Shown one piece after another: positions 1-9,281 of a stretch of 64,000 nucleotides of DNA; positions within the stretch are counted from its first letter, which is position 1; each line of letters starts with the position of its first letter. The notes beneath the pieces were generated by a model. That model was not told the DNA's origin and made no database searches. It saw nothing but the letters and a program-made list of their open reading frames with translations. The stretch lies in NCBI GenBank assembly GCA_963751345.1, contig CAVVUS010000030.1, forward strand, positions 320,001 to 384,000, written 5' to 3'. A program made the position numbers and the translations under genes. The stretch comes from an uncultured Chloroflexia bacterium. Lineage in GTDB: Bacteria > Chloroflexota > Anaerolineae > B4-G1 > SLSP01.

Positions 1-516
1 ACTTACATAGGGCTCGTTGAGCGCGACGCCGTTGATCCACACTCGCCCGTCGCGCACCTCCACGTGCTCGCCGGGAAGACCGATGACGCGCTTGATATAC
101 GGTATCGTGCTCCGGTGATCCGGGGGATCCAGCACGACAATGTCACCGCGCTGAGGTGGATGAAACCAGTACGTGAACTTGCTCACGATCAGATATTGCC
201 CCTCGTGCAGCGTGGGCTCCATGCTGATCGACTGCACCTCATATCGGCCGGTCAGCGTATTGACCAGGACGAAGATGATCGCGGCCAGAACCAGCGTCTC
301 CAGGATGTCGCGGGCCCACGCCCAGAACTGGTTCTGCTCCTTCGCAGGGGGGCCCGCTTCCTCCAACGTCGCGCCAGCCTGGCCCCAGGGCTCTTCGGCA
401 GGCTCCAGGCCGGGCGGCCGCATCGTTTCGTGGCCTGCCTGACCTTCCACTACGTGTGGTCTCGCGCCTGGCGCGCTTGCGCTTGGCGCTTGAGAGGCTT
501 CAATACCTTGTGCCAT
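1..516 (-). CDS. lepB: Signal peptidase I, paralog 2 (3' end runs off the window)
   Basis: Manual translation of the minus strand from ATG at 516 (GGAG upstream) gives ...WARDILETLVLAAIIFVLVNTLTGRYEVQSISMEPTL...RGDIVV...YIKRVIGLPG...LNEPYVS, with the Ser/Lys dyad boxes. Not in the ORF track because it has no stop in the window. Confidence 0.92.
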   Translation of the reverse strand, partial: MAQGIEASQAPSASAPGARPHVVEGQAGHETMRPPGLEPAEEPWGQAGATLEEAGPPAKEQNQFWAWARDILETLVLAAIIFVLVNTLTGRYEVQSISMEPTLHEGQYLIVSKFTYWFHPPQRGDIVVLDPPDHRSTIPYIKRVIGLPGEHVEVRDGRVWINGVALNEPYVS

Positions 517-599
517 ATCTCCGGATCCCATCCACTATCTCGCCATCAAGCCAACGTAAAACGGCGACAGAACGAAACACGCTCCCTGCACAGCATCGG

Positions 600-1223
600 C
601 TATTGAGCCTCTTGAAGTTCAGGGAACGTGTAATGTGGTATCTTCCCCCAATACTCGGGTGGCCAATAAGAGAAAACCGCCTTGCCGAGGATCTTGTCTG
701 CCGGCAGCAATCCCCAGGAGTGGGAATCGCTTGAATTGTTGCGATTGTCACCCAGGACGAAATACTCGCCCTCCCCAACGACCCAGTTTCCGGGATAGGC
801 GGGTGGCTGGTTGATATACGGCTCGTTGAGCGCAATGCCGTTGACCCAGACCCGATGCTCCCGGACCTCCACGAGATCACCCGGCAGCCCAATCACACGC
901 TTGATATAGGGGACATCGTTGCCCTCGGTAGGGGGATCGAGCACGATCACGTCGCCGCGCTCAGGCGGATGTAGCCAGTAGGTAATCTTGCTGGCGATCA
1001 AGTATTGGCCATCGTGGAGACTTGGCTCCATGCTTTGTCCGTGGACCTGATACCGTCCGGTGAACGTGTTGATAACGAAGAACAGAATCGCAGCCAGGAG
1101 CAGAGTCTCGAGCACGTCCTGGAGCCACGAGCGAATGCCAAAGGATCGACTGAGTGAAGGTTCCTGGTCGTCGAGAGCTACAGCGGTCGACGCTGGGGCT
1201 TCGCTCGGATTCTCATTGACCAA
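600..1223 (-). CDS. lepB: Signal peptidase I, paralog 1
   Basis: SMEP, RGDV, YIKRVIGLPGD and GDNRNNSSDSH motifs. The TTG start at 1223 follows GGAGG; the ATG at 1253 overlaps a -10 box. Confidence 0.95.
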   Translation of the reverse strand: MVNENPSEAPASTAVALDDQEPSLSRSFGIRSWLQDVLETLLLAAILFFVINTFTGRYQVHGQSMEPSLHDGQYLIASKITYWLHPPERGDVIVLDPPTEGNDVPYIKRVIGLPGDLVEVREHRVWVNGIALNEPYINQPPAYPGNWVVGEGEYFVLGDNRNNSSDSHSWGLLPADKILGKAVFSYWPPEYWGKIPHYTFPELQEAQ

Positions 1224-1251
1224 TAGCCGCCTCCAATCTATGCTGGGTCGC

Positions 1252-1279
1252 ATTATAGTTCATGTCGTGGTCAGGGCAA
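1252..1279 (-). promoter_or_regulatory. Putative sigma70 promoter of the lepB pair
   Basis: TTGCCC-16 bp-TATAAT on the minus strand. Confidence 0.5.
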
Positions 1280-1294
1280 CCCTTAATGACCCGG

Positions 1295-1332
1295 AAAAAC
1301 AAACACCCCCGTCGTGATGCGGGGGTGGGTTC
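1295..1332 (-). terminator. Intrinsic terminator
   Basis: CACCCCCG...CGGGGGTG stem followed by TTTGTTTTT on the minus strand, downstream of the 1411-1749 gene. Confidence 0.7.
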
Positions 1333-1410
1333 TGTGGGATGCACGATGCGATCAGCCGCGATGCTCCTGATTCCAAAGCGCGGGACCCTGCTACGGTGCC
1401 GGTCACATCC

Positions 1411-1749
1411 TCAAGAGGCCTGTGATTCCTCCTGGGCTGACGCCTCGACATCCGCATCCGTCTCGGTCTGCGCCGCGGGCTGCTTTGAGGACTTGCGCCT
1501 GAACAGTCCGCCCCGTGGGGAGACCGCTTCCGGACCTTCCTCAGTTTCCTCTTCCTCATCCTCCCAGCCGATGATCCACACCGCGAGGCCGGCCACGAGG
1601 ATCGTGGCGATGATCAGTGCGGCCCACTGACCTGGGAGAAGGCCGACATCCCGCGCCGACCACACCAGGATCGCGACCATCCCAATCGCAAGCACGATCC
1701 AGGATGTCCATTGGGGATGCTCATTGACGAAATTCTTAATCTTGTCCAT
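1411..1749 (-). CDS. Small hypothetical membrane protein (2 TM helices, acidic tail)
   Basis: Two hydrophobic segments and a charged C-terminus; followed by a terminator. Confidence 0.75.
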   Translation of the reverse strand: MDKIKNFVNEHPQWTSWIVLAIGMVAILVWSARDVGLLPGQWAALIIATILVAGLAVWIIGWEDEEEETEEGPEAVSPRGGLFRRKSSKQPAAQTETDADVEASAQEESQAS

Positions 1750-1791
1750 ACCGTGATTCTCTCCTGGGATGTCCGTCCAAGGAATTCAGTC

Positions 1792-2325
1792 TCAACCCGG
1801 CTGCCGGATCAGGCCCTCTCGCAAGCGCTTAATCATCACGCGCTCTCCCACGAGGCCCTGCTCGGCCACAGCCTCCCTCCAGGCACCGTGCAATTCCGCG
1901 ACGTCCTGGAATCCGTACCCTAGTCCCTGCCAAAATGCGACCAACGCCTCGCTGGCGTCCGCCGGTAGAAAGAGGACCACGGCCTCAGCCAACAACTCCG
2001 CGGCCTCTGCCTCCGTCTTACCCACAAGCGCCTGTCCCACCGCCATAGGGTCGGCAGCGGAAGCGATCAGGAAATCGATCACGCGGACGACGAGGTTCTC
2101 GACCTGCCATCCGAGAAGCCCCACGAGGTGTCCCTCGCGTTCCGCAATCATAAACCCGATCTGGCCGAATCGCTCCGCGACGTCGAGCCGCGAGACCTCG
2201 CGATGTGCGCCCACCGTAGAGACCGACTGGGCCGCATTCACGAGCGCCGCAATAGCTTCCGAGTCCGAGAACTTCGCTCGTCGTACCACCACATCCCGCG
2301 CCACGCCGTTCTCCTCCGATTTCAT
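1792..2325 (-). CDS. GNAT-fold acetyltransferase-like protein
   Basis: VRRAKFSDSEAIAALVN, FMIAEREGHLVG, VGQALV...AE and FWQGLGY follow the GNAT pattern. Confidence 0.65.
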   Translation of the reverse strand: MKSEENGVARDVVVRRAKFSDSEAIAALVNAAQSVSTVGAHREVSRLDVAERFGQIGFMIAEREGHLVGLLGWQVENLVVRVIDFLIASAADPMAVGQALVGKTEAEAAELLAEAVVLFLPADASEALVAFWQGLGYGFQDVAELHGAWREAVAEQGLVGERVMIKRLREGLIRQPG

Positions 2326-2506
2326 CACGGCCGACCCGATTGCCAGGCCCATTATACCGGGCTTTGCCCAATCTACAAAGATTATCGACTCGCTGCCAAC
2401 CTTAGGTTTCGCGGAAACTCGGCGCGGGGGGATTGCTGGTATAATGAAGACTTGGTCGATACAAATGAGACGCCAATCCGGGCTCTATGAAGTGGGGGAT
2501 GAAGCT

Positions 2507-3232
2507 GTGTACGAACTGATCGCAGGTGCCCAGGACTTGCAGATATCACTGACACCCGAGCATCTCGAGGCACTGCGCCGCTACCAGGAACATCTCACCA
2601 CCTGGAATGATCGTTTCAACCTGACGGCCATCACCGATGACACCGGAATCCAGATCCGCCACTTCCTCGATTCACTCTCCTGTCTGCTGGCATTGGAACC
2701 CGGAGAGCGGTTTGCGGGAAAGCGCGTCATCGACGTCGGTACGGGCGCGGGGTTTCCCGGCATCCCACTAAAGATCGTCTGCCCCGGTATAAGACTCACG
2801 CTCCTGGAGGCGACGGCCAAGAAGGCGCAGTTTCTACAACACATCGTCGACCAACTGCAACTGAGGGACGTCACCGTGCTTCATGGCAGGGCGGAAGAGC
2901 TAGGCCAGGATCCACAGTACCGCGAGACTTTTCACTGGGCGATGGCTCGGGCCGTCGCAGATCTGCCCATCCTGGCGGAGTACCTGCTGCCGCTGGTACA
3001 GATCAGCGGCCGTGCCCTTGCTCAGAAAGGGGAAGGCGCCCCGTCAGAAGCTCAGCGCAGCGAGTGGGCGTTCAAACAGCTCGGCGGACGGCTGCGCAAG
3101 CTGGTACCCGTGGACCTCAGAGGGATAACTGAGACGCGCTACCTCGTTCTGGTCGACAAAGTCGCTGCAACCCCTGCCAGGTACCCACGGCGGCCCGGTA
3201 TGCCCAGCAAGCACCCCTTGCTGGCAGAGTGA
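2507..3232 (+). CDS. rsmG: 16S rRNA (guanine527-N7) methyltransferase RsmG/GidB
   Basis: WNDRFNLTAI, HFLDSL, DVGTGAGFPGIPL, GRAEE, ARAVA and YPRRPG motifs. The N-terminal extension of the 1769 ORF is spurious because it overlaps the opposite-strand gene. Confidence 0.95.
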   Translation: MYELIAGAQDLQISLTPEHLEALRRYQEHLTTWNDRFNLTAITDDTGIQIRHFLDSLSCLLALEPGERFAGKRVIDVGTGAGFPGIPLKIVCPGIRLTLLEATAKKAQFLQHIVDQLQLRDVTVLHGRAEELGQDPQYRETFHWAMARAVADLPILAEYLLPLVQISGRALAQKGEGAPSEAQRSEWAFKQLGGRLRKLVPVDLRGITETRYLVLVDKVAATPARYPRRPGMPSKHPLLAE

Positions 3233-3241
3233 GACCCTACC

Positions 3242-5744
3242 TCACTCCGACCCACGCAGGGCCGGGGCCGGCTTCATACTATCCACCGGCCCGGCATAGA
3301 GCAAGCGATAAGCAGCGTAGTATTCGCGGATGAGCCGTATGTAGCTCTGCGTCTCCCCAAAGCCGACCAGCTCCACGAAGAGGTCCGTATCGCCGCCGGC
3401 GTCCTCCATCCACCGGAGCGCGTTGCCCGGCCCCCCGTTGTAGGCGGCGAGCGCAGCAAACTCGTTGCCGGCGAACCGCTCCTTTTGCTGCGCGAGATAC
3501 CAGACGCCGAACCGCACGCTGACCATGGGACGGTAGAGGTCCTGGGACTGGTAATCGGGCGGCCAATCCAGCGCCTCAGCGATGGCGGCGCCCGTCGGCG
3601 GAATGACCTGCATGAGGCCCTGCGCTGCGGCAGATGACGTCGCAAAGCCCTCGAAGAGGCTCTCTTGACGCATCAGTGAGTAGACGAAGAGCGGGGAAAG
3701 CCCGTTGGCCGCGGCCTCCTGCTCCACCAGGTCGCTGTAGTACATCGGATAGATCAGGCAGCCGATAAAGGCCGGCAGTTGGCTCACGTCGGCCGCCGGG
3801 GAGAGCTGCCAGAGCGCGGTCGCGGCGATGATGGAGGAGCGGTAGAGCCCGACGTCGCGGAAGTAGAGGGCCAGCCGATATTGAGTCAACGCGTCGTCGG
3901 CCGTGGCGACCCTCAGAGCCTCCAACTCGGTCCGCCCTTCGTCAAAGTGCCCGACGTCGAGCAGAAGCGTGCCCCGCCTCAAGTGCGCGTCGTTCAGTAG
4001 CGAGGTGGGCAGCGTCCCCACGGACGTCCCCGGATCGAGATTCAGCCAATCCGCGAGCCACGACTCGGCCTCGCGCTGGGCCGCCTGGCCCGTGCACGAC
4101 GCCATCGCGTCGGGAGTGGCCCGGAACGGCTCCCGTTCCTGCAAAAGATCCTCGGCCTGAAGGCCGTAGAAGTCCCAGCGCCCCAGGCTGATGGCGCTGG
4201 TCAGGGCCTCCGTCGCACTGATCGTCTCGCCGGCCGAGAGGCGCACCTTCCCCAGCCAGTACCACGCCCCCTGTGCGTACTCGTCGTAGGGGTACCACGC
4301 GGTCAGATCCTCCCACGCAGCGGTCGCTCCCTCGATATCTCCGGCGCGATAGCCGTAAAGCCCCGCCTCGAAGCGCGTCTCCGGCGCACGTTCATCGTTG
4401 GGATAGCGATCAGCCAGGTCGACGAGGAGATCCGCAGGCCTGCGAGAAGGCCCGCGACGTCATCAAGATGCTCGACCACGTCCCAGGCCGACTTAGGCGC
4501 CTGCTCCGATTCGGGATAGCGGTCCATCCCCTCCTGATAGGCCTCCAACGCCGTGTCGAGATGGCCCTGGTCGATCAGGACCATCGCTTTGCCGAGCCAC
4601 GCATCCGGCACGTAGGGATCGCCAGGGTGGGTGTCAATCAGCATGTCGAACTCGTCGAGCGCCTCGGCAAGGTCGCCCAACTCGAGGAAGGCGAGGCCGG
4701 CGTAGTAATGCGGCTCGCCACTGTGATCCGGGTCTCCGAGAATGATCCGGTAGAAAGACTGGATGGCCGGACCATAAGCTTCTGCGTTGATAATCGATCA
4801 ACCCGCGCAGCATATCATCGACGGGTTCACCGGCGTTCACCAAGTCCACGAGCGCGTCGTACGCCTGATCCTCGGTCGGGTAGGCCGCAATCAGATCCTG
4901 CATACGAGCGTAGGCGTCGGTCGATTCCCCAAAAGCAAGCGCCGTGGTGGCGGCCTGGTACATGATCCGGGCGCGGTATTCGGGGATCCGGGCAATCGCC
5001 AGGATCTGATCGTAGGCGGCCATCGCGCCCTCGTAATCCCCATCGGCGGCACGGGCCTATGGCGATCTTTTCGAGCAGCCAGACCTGGCTGCTGGCGGCC
5101 TCGGCGTCCGCCAGCGCGGAGGAGTAGGCCGCCGTCGCGGTCACGTAGTCCCCGGCATCGGCGAGCGCGTCGCCCAGCCACTCATTGGCATAGGGTGCGA
5201 GGAGCGGCTGCGCCTCGATCACCGTGGAGTAGTGCTCTGCCGCTGAAATCGGCTGGTCGGCATTGCGCAGCGCGTCGCCAAGGAGCACGTGGCCCTCCAC
5301 AGCCGCAGTCGACAGGGTGTCCGTGGGGGGATCCGTGGCAGCCAGATCGCCGAGGAAACCGTCCAGCAGCGATACAGCGTCCGAATAGGCACCGGCGGCG
5401 ACGTAGGTCCGTCCGAGTCCCAGGGTCGCCTGCGAGATCTCATCCTCGCTAGCCGCCGAATTGGCTAACGCCTGCTCGTAATCGTCGGAAGCCGCGCTCC
5501 AGTCACCATCCCGATAGGCGCGCTCTGCCCGGCTCAGCACCTCCGCCGGCAGGGGCGTCGGTGTAGGCGTGGGGATGGGCGTGGCGGTCGCGGTGGGGGT
5601 GGGCGTAGGTGTGGGGGTCGAAGTGGGTGAGGGCGTTGGTGTGACCGTGAACACGCGCACGCCGGCGATTCGGCCATCCCCTGTGCATCCTGCGGCAGCT
5701 ACGAGCACCAGCAAGCACAGCCATGGTACTTTCCATATTCTCAT
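3242..5744 (-). CDS. TPR-repeat lipoprotein with C-terminal soluble lytic transglycosylase (Slt/GH23) domain; several frameshifts
   Basis: Lipobox AAGC, a Thr/Pro linker and TPR-like helices lie in fragments 4827-5744, 4634-5023 and 4303-4680. MRQES, AQGLMQ and AAYNGG Slt motifs lie in 3242-4246. Confidence 0.85.
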
Positions 5745-5752
5745 ACGACTCG

Positions 5753-5781
5753 ATTATGTCGGTTTCCGGCGAAAGTGTCAA
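5753..5781 (-). promoter_or_regulatory. Sigma70 promoter, probably giving a leaderless mRNA
   Basis: TTGACA-17 bp-CATAAT, 8 nt before the ATG at 5744; no Shine-Dalgarno sequence. Confidence 0.65.
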
Positions 5782-5870
5782 TAGCGCGAAGATCACTTGC
5801 GGTTTTCTTAGATATGGACTATCATAGTATTAAAAATGGGGTTTATTACCATTTAAGGAGGTAACGAACG

Positions 5871-6870
5871 ATGGCTAATCTGGCGACGACCTACATGGGA
5901 CTGTCTCTCAAGAATCCGGTGGTGCCCTCGGCATCCCCGCTTTCGCGTGATCTCGACGGCATCAAGCGGATGGAAGATGCCGGCGCGGCGGCGATCACGC
6001 TCTACTCTTTGTTCGAGGAGCAGATCGATCGAGAGGCAATCCTGACGGACTATATCCTCGAGAACCAAAAGGATCGTTACTCGGAGATGACGGACTTCTT
6101 CCCGGAGCCCGAGTTCTTCCGCCGCGATGAAATGGAATACCTCGACCTGATCCGCGAGGCGAAGGAAGCCGTGGATATCCCGGTGATCCCCAGCCTCAAC
6201 GGATACAGCGAAGGGGGTTGGACACAGATACGCAAAGCTCTTCCAGGAGGCGGGCGCAGACGGGATCGAGCTCAACGTCTACTATATCCCGACCTCGCAC
6301 CGGCTGACGGGGGCACAAGTGGAGGCGCTCTACTTCAACGTCCTGCGCAACGTCAAGGAGCAGGTCACGATTCCGGTTGCGATGAAGCTCAGTCCGTTCT
6401 TTAGCTCCATCCCTCACATCGCAACGGTGCTGAGCCGCAGCGGTGCCAACGGGCTGGCACTTTTCAACCGCTTCTATCAGCCCGAGTTGGACATTGAGGC
6501 CCTGTCCTCGAAACGAAGTCTCACGTTGAGCACCTCGGAAGAGATGCGTCTCCCCCTGAGATGGATCGCCATCCTCTACGGTCAAGTCGACGCGTCATTG
6601 GCGTTGACGACAGGAATTCACACACCGGAGGATGTCATCAAGGCCGTGATGGCGGGCGCCGACATCGCCAACGTCTGCTCGGTGCTTCTCCAGGAGGGTA
6701 TCGGCAAGATCAGCAAGCTCGTCGAGGGTGTCGATCTCTGGCTGGACAGCCACAACTACGAGTCGCTGCACGAGATCAAGGGGATCCTGAGCCACAAGCA
6801 GAGCCCCAATCCGGATGCCTTCGAGCGCGCCAACTACGTGCAATTGATCGGCGCGGGGGGCTTCCGATAG
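5871..6870 (+). CDS. Dihydroorotate dehydrogenase-like flavoprotein (frameshift near 6230)
   Basis: YMGLSLKNPVVPSASPL, SLFEEQI, KLSPFFS, LFNRFYQP, LRWIAIL and FERANY; AAGGAGG RBS. Confidence 0.88.
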
Positions 6871-6879
6871 ACAGATCCG

Positions 6880-7444
6880 ATGCACGAATCAGGCTTCTAC
6901 ACCGGCGAGGGAGACCGCGGCGACACCGTCCGACTGGAAGGCACCGAACGTATCGCCAAGAGCAGTGCGCTGATCGAGGCGGTGGGGACGCTCGATGAGG
7001 CGACCTCGGTCATCGGCATGGCCCGTGCTCAGGCACGGGCCCAACTGCTCAAGGAGATCCTGCCCGCGGTACAACGGCACATCTACCGGTTGCTCTCCCA
7101 TCTGTCAGCCGTATCAGAAGCCCGGGGGCATTATCCAGGACTGACACTGGAGGACGTGGCATGGTTGGAGGCCCGCATCGCCGACCTCGAGACCCGCCTC
7201 CCTCCCCTGGAAAGACTTCGTGCTGCCGGGGGACTCGGTGTCCAGTGCCACGTTTCACGTAGCCCGCACCGTGGTCCGGCGCGCCGAGCGGAGGGTTGCG
7301 GCTCTCGCCGAGTCCGATCCCAGTTTCGGCAATCCCAATCTGGCTTATCTCAACCGGCTCTCGTCGCTCCTCTTCGTTGCTGCACTTGTCGAGGATCTCG
7401 ATGAGGGCAGCCCGCCCACGTTAGCCAAGGAATCAGGGGGGTGA
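6880..7444 (+). CDS. PduO-type cob(I)alamin adenosyltransferase (frameshift near 7215)
   Basis: [31 protein letters not shown] and [10 protein letters not shown]. Confidence 0.88.
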
Positions 7445-7462
7445 ATTTAGAATAGAGTTGTC

Positions 7463-7490
7463 TTGAAAATAGGGTGTGCTCTGCTATACT
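7463..7490 (+). promoter_or_regulatory. Putative rpsD promoter
   Basis: TTGAAA-16 bp-TATACT with an extended TG. Confidence 0.6.
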
Positions 7491-7528
7491 GCTTCCCGAT
7501 GATGATAAGGTAGGGCGATCGCATTTGA

Positions 7529-7560
7529 CCGTCCGGGAAGGCCGGAACCTTTCCGGACGG
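7529..7560. repeat. REP-like hairpin (ACCTTCCGGGAAGGT family variant) in the rpsD leader
   Basis: CCGTCCGGGAAGG...CCTTTCCGGACGG inverted repeat. Confidence 0.6.
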
Positions 7561-7595
7561 CGCGATGGCTCTGGAATAAGGAGGCAGTATCGAGC

Positions 7596-8208
7596 ATGGG
7601 ACGATATACCGGCCCAAAACACAAGCTATCGCGGCGCGAGGGGGTTGACCTCTTCGGAAATGGAGGCGAGAGCCTCCAACGCCGCTTGGACCAGCCGCCC
7701 GGGATGCACGGCAAAGCCGCAGCGTTTTCGCGACGGCGCAGAGGGGACTACGATCGCCAGTTGCGAGAGAAGCAGAAGGTCAAGCGCACCTATGGGATGC
7801 GCGAACGCCAATTTCGCCGCTTCTACAGGATGGCACAGCAGGCCCAAGACCTGACCGGCCCGGCTCTACTGAAACTGCTGGAGCGCAGACTCGACAACGT
7901 CATCTACCGGATGGGATGGGCGCGCACGCGTCCACAGGCGAGGCAGTTTGTCTCGCACGGGCACATCCTGGTGGATGGCAGACGGGTCGATATACCGTCT
8001 TACCTGGTCAGCCCGGACCAGACCATAGCACTGAAGGCGCAAGACACGGCGGATTCCCGAGGTCGAGGAGTTGATCGAATCGCCGCCGCCGGTCCCGGAG
8101 TGGCTATCTCGTGAGGGTCCCGAGGGACGGATTCTCCGCGAGCCCGAGCGGCAGGACATTCAGGAGCCCGTCGACGAGCAACTGGTCGTCGAGTATTACT
8201 CTCGTTAG
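7596..8208 (+). CDS. rpsD: 30S ribosomal protein S4, stand-alone and lacking the Zn-ribbon cysteines (frameshift near 8040)
   Basis: MGRYTGPKHKLSRREG, QLREKQK, LERRLDNVIYR and ARQFVSHGH; the shifted frame ends EQLVVEYYSR*. Confidence 0.95.
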
Positions 8209-8232
8209 CACGTCGTCGGTCGGACGCGCTTG

Positions 8233-8272
8233 ACCTTCCGGGAAGGTGACAGCACCTTCCCGGAAGGTTTTC
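8233..8272. repeat. Doublet of ACCTTCCSGGAAGGT palindromes, also a likely rpsD terminator
   Basis: ACCTTCCGGGAAGGT (8233-8247) and ACCTTCCCGGAAGGT (8254-8268), followed by a T run. Confidence 0.75.
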
Positions 8273-8363
8273 ATGTTTTGCTTGCCCCTATGAGGTTGCA
8301 TGCTATCTTTGATCCCACGCCTGTGCAGTCCGTGCAACGCAACAGGCAGATGCGGAGGGCAAT

Positions 8364-9166
8364 TTGGGAGATCCCCTGATTCTGGTGACAAACGACGATG
8401 GCATCCGGTCTGCCGGGCTGCGGGCTGTGGTGGAGGCGGTCGGTGGGCTGGGCGAGGTGCTGATAGCAGCGCCGAATCGGCAGTGGTCCGGATCGGGGCG
8501 TTCGATGCCGGCTTCCGTCAGCGGCGAGATCAGTGAGGTTCCCTGCAGCGTCGCGGGCTCGACCTATCGCGCCTATGAAATCGATGCTACCCCCGCGCTC
8601 TGCGTGATTCACGCGATGGCACGGCTGGTTCCTCGTCCGCCTGACCTCGTGGTTTCGGGGATCAACTTCGGTGAGAACGTCGGCATCGACATCACTATCT
8701 CCGGCACCATCGGTGCGGCGGTGGAGGCCGCGGCGTTCGGGATTCCGGCACTCGCGATCTCCGTCGAGATGCCGGTCGAGAATCATCTCATCGGGGACGC
8801 ATCGGAGGACTATGCAGCAGCCAAGGCGTTTACGCGGCAGTTCGCGATACGCATCCTCCAACGCCCCCTTCCCTTCGACGCCGATCTACTTTCCATCAAC
8901 CTCCCTCACGGCGCGACCCCGGACACCCCATGGCAGCTTACCAGGCTCTCCCGACAACGGTACTTCGTGCCCGTCAAACAGGAGGGATCCCAGGAGAAAC
9001 GCCAGGCGGCTACCGGGTGATGGATCATCCGGAGCAAACGGAAGTCGGCTCCGATATATGGTGCCTACACTACGCACACCAGGTTTCGGTGACCCCACTC
9101 TCACTCGACCTCACCGCAAGGGTCGACTTTGGCGCCCTGGATGAGCAACTGCGGACTGAGGCCTGA
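8364..9166 (+). CDS. surE: 5'/3'-nucleotidase SurE (frameshift near 9000)
   Basis: ILVTNDDGI, SGSG, DLVVSGINFGEN, SGTIGAA and the C-terminal VSVTPL. Confidence 0.92.
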
Positions 9167-9233
9167 CCGCGCGTCCGCCTGGATATTCTGTATTGAGGCG
9201 CACTCGCAGCTTCGGGTGCTATGCACCAAGAGC

Positions 9234-9262
9234 TTGACAGAATAGCGCCCACAGCCTAGACT
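9234..9262 (+). promoter_or_regulatory. Sigma70 promoter
   Basis: TTGACA-17 bp-TAGACT upstream of the ATG at 9282. Confidence 0.65.
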
Positions 9263-9281
9263 TGGGCTAGATCGGTGACCT

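Noticed and set aside
1769-2506. Long N-terminal extension of the RsmG ORF (487 aa)
   Set aside because: It overlaps the opposite-strand GNAT gene and the divergent promoter region; RsmG homology begins near 2507.
5560-5650. ACNCCN-type periodic repeats (also in other lipoprotein genes)
   Set aside because: They simply encode Thr/Pro linkers after lipoprotein signal peptides.
7441-7510. Zur box upstream of the Cys-free rpsD
   Set aside because: Only a partial TTGAAAAT half-site coinciding with the -35 box; no convincing palindrome.
5871-8208. Programmed ribosomal frameshifting or pseudogene status for the split DHODH-like, PduO-type and rpsD genes
   Set aside because: Indels are spread throughout the window without consistent slippery sites; sequencing error is the simpler explanation.
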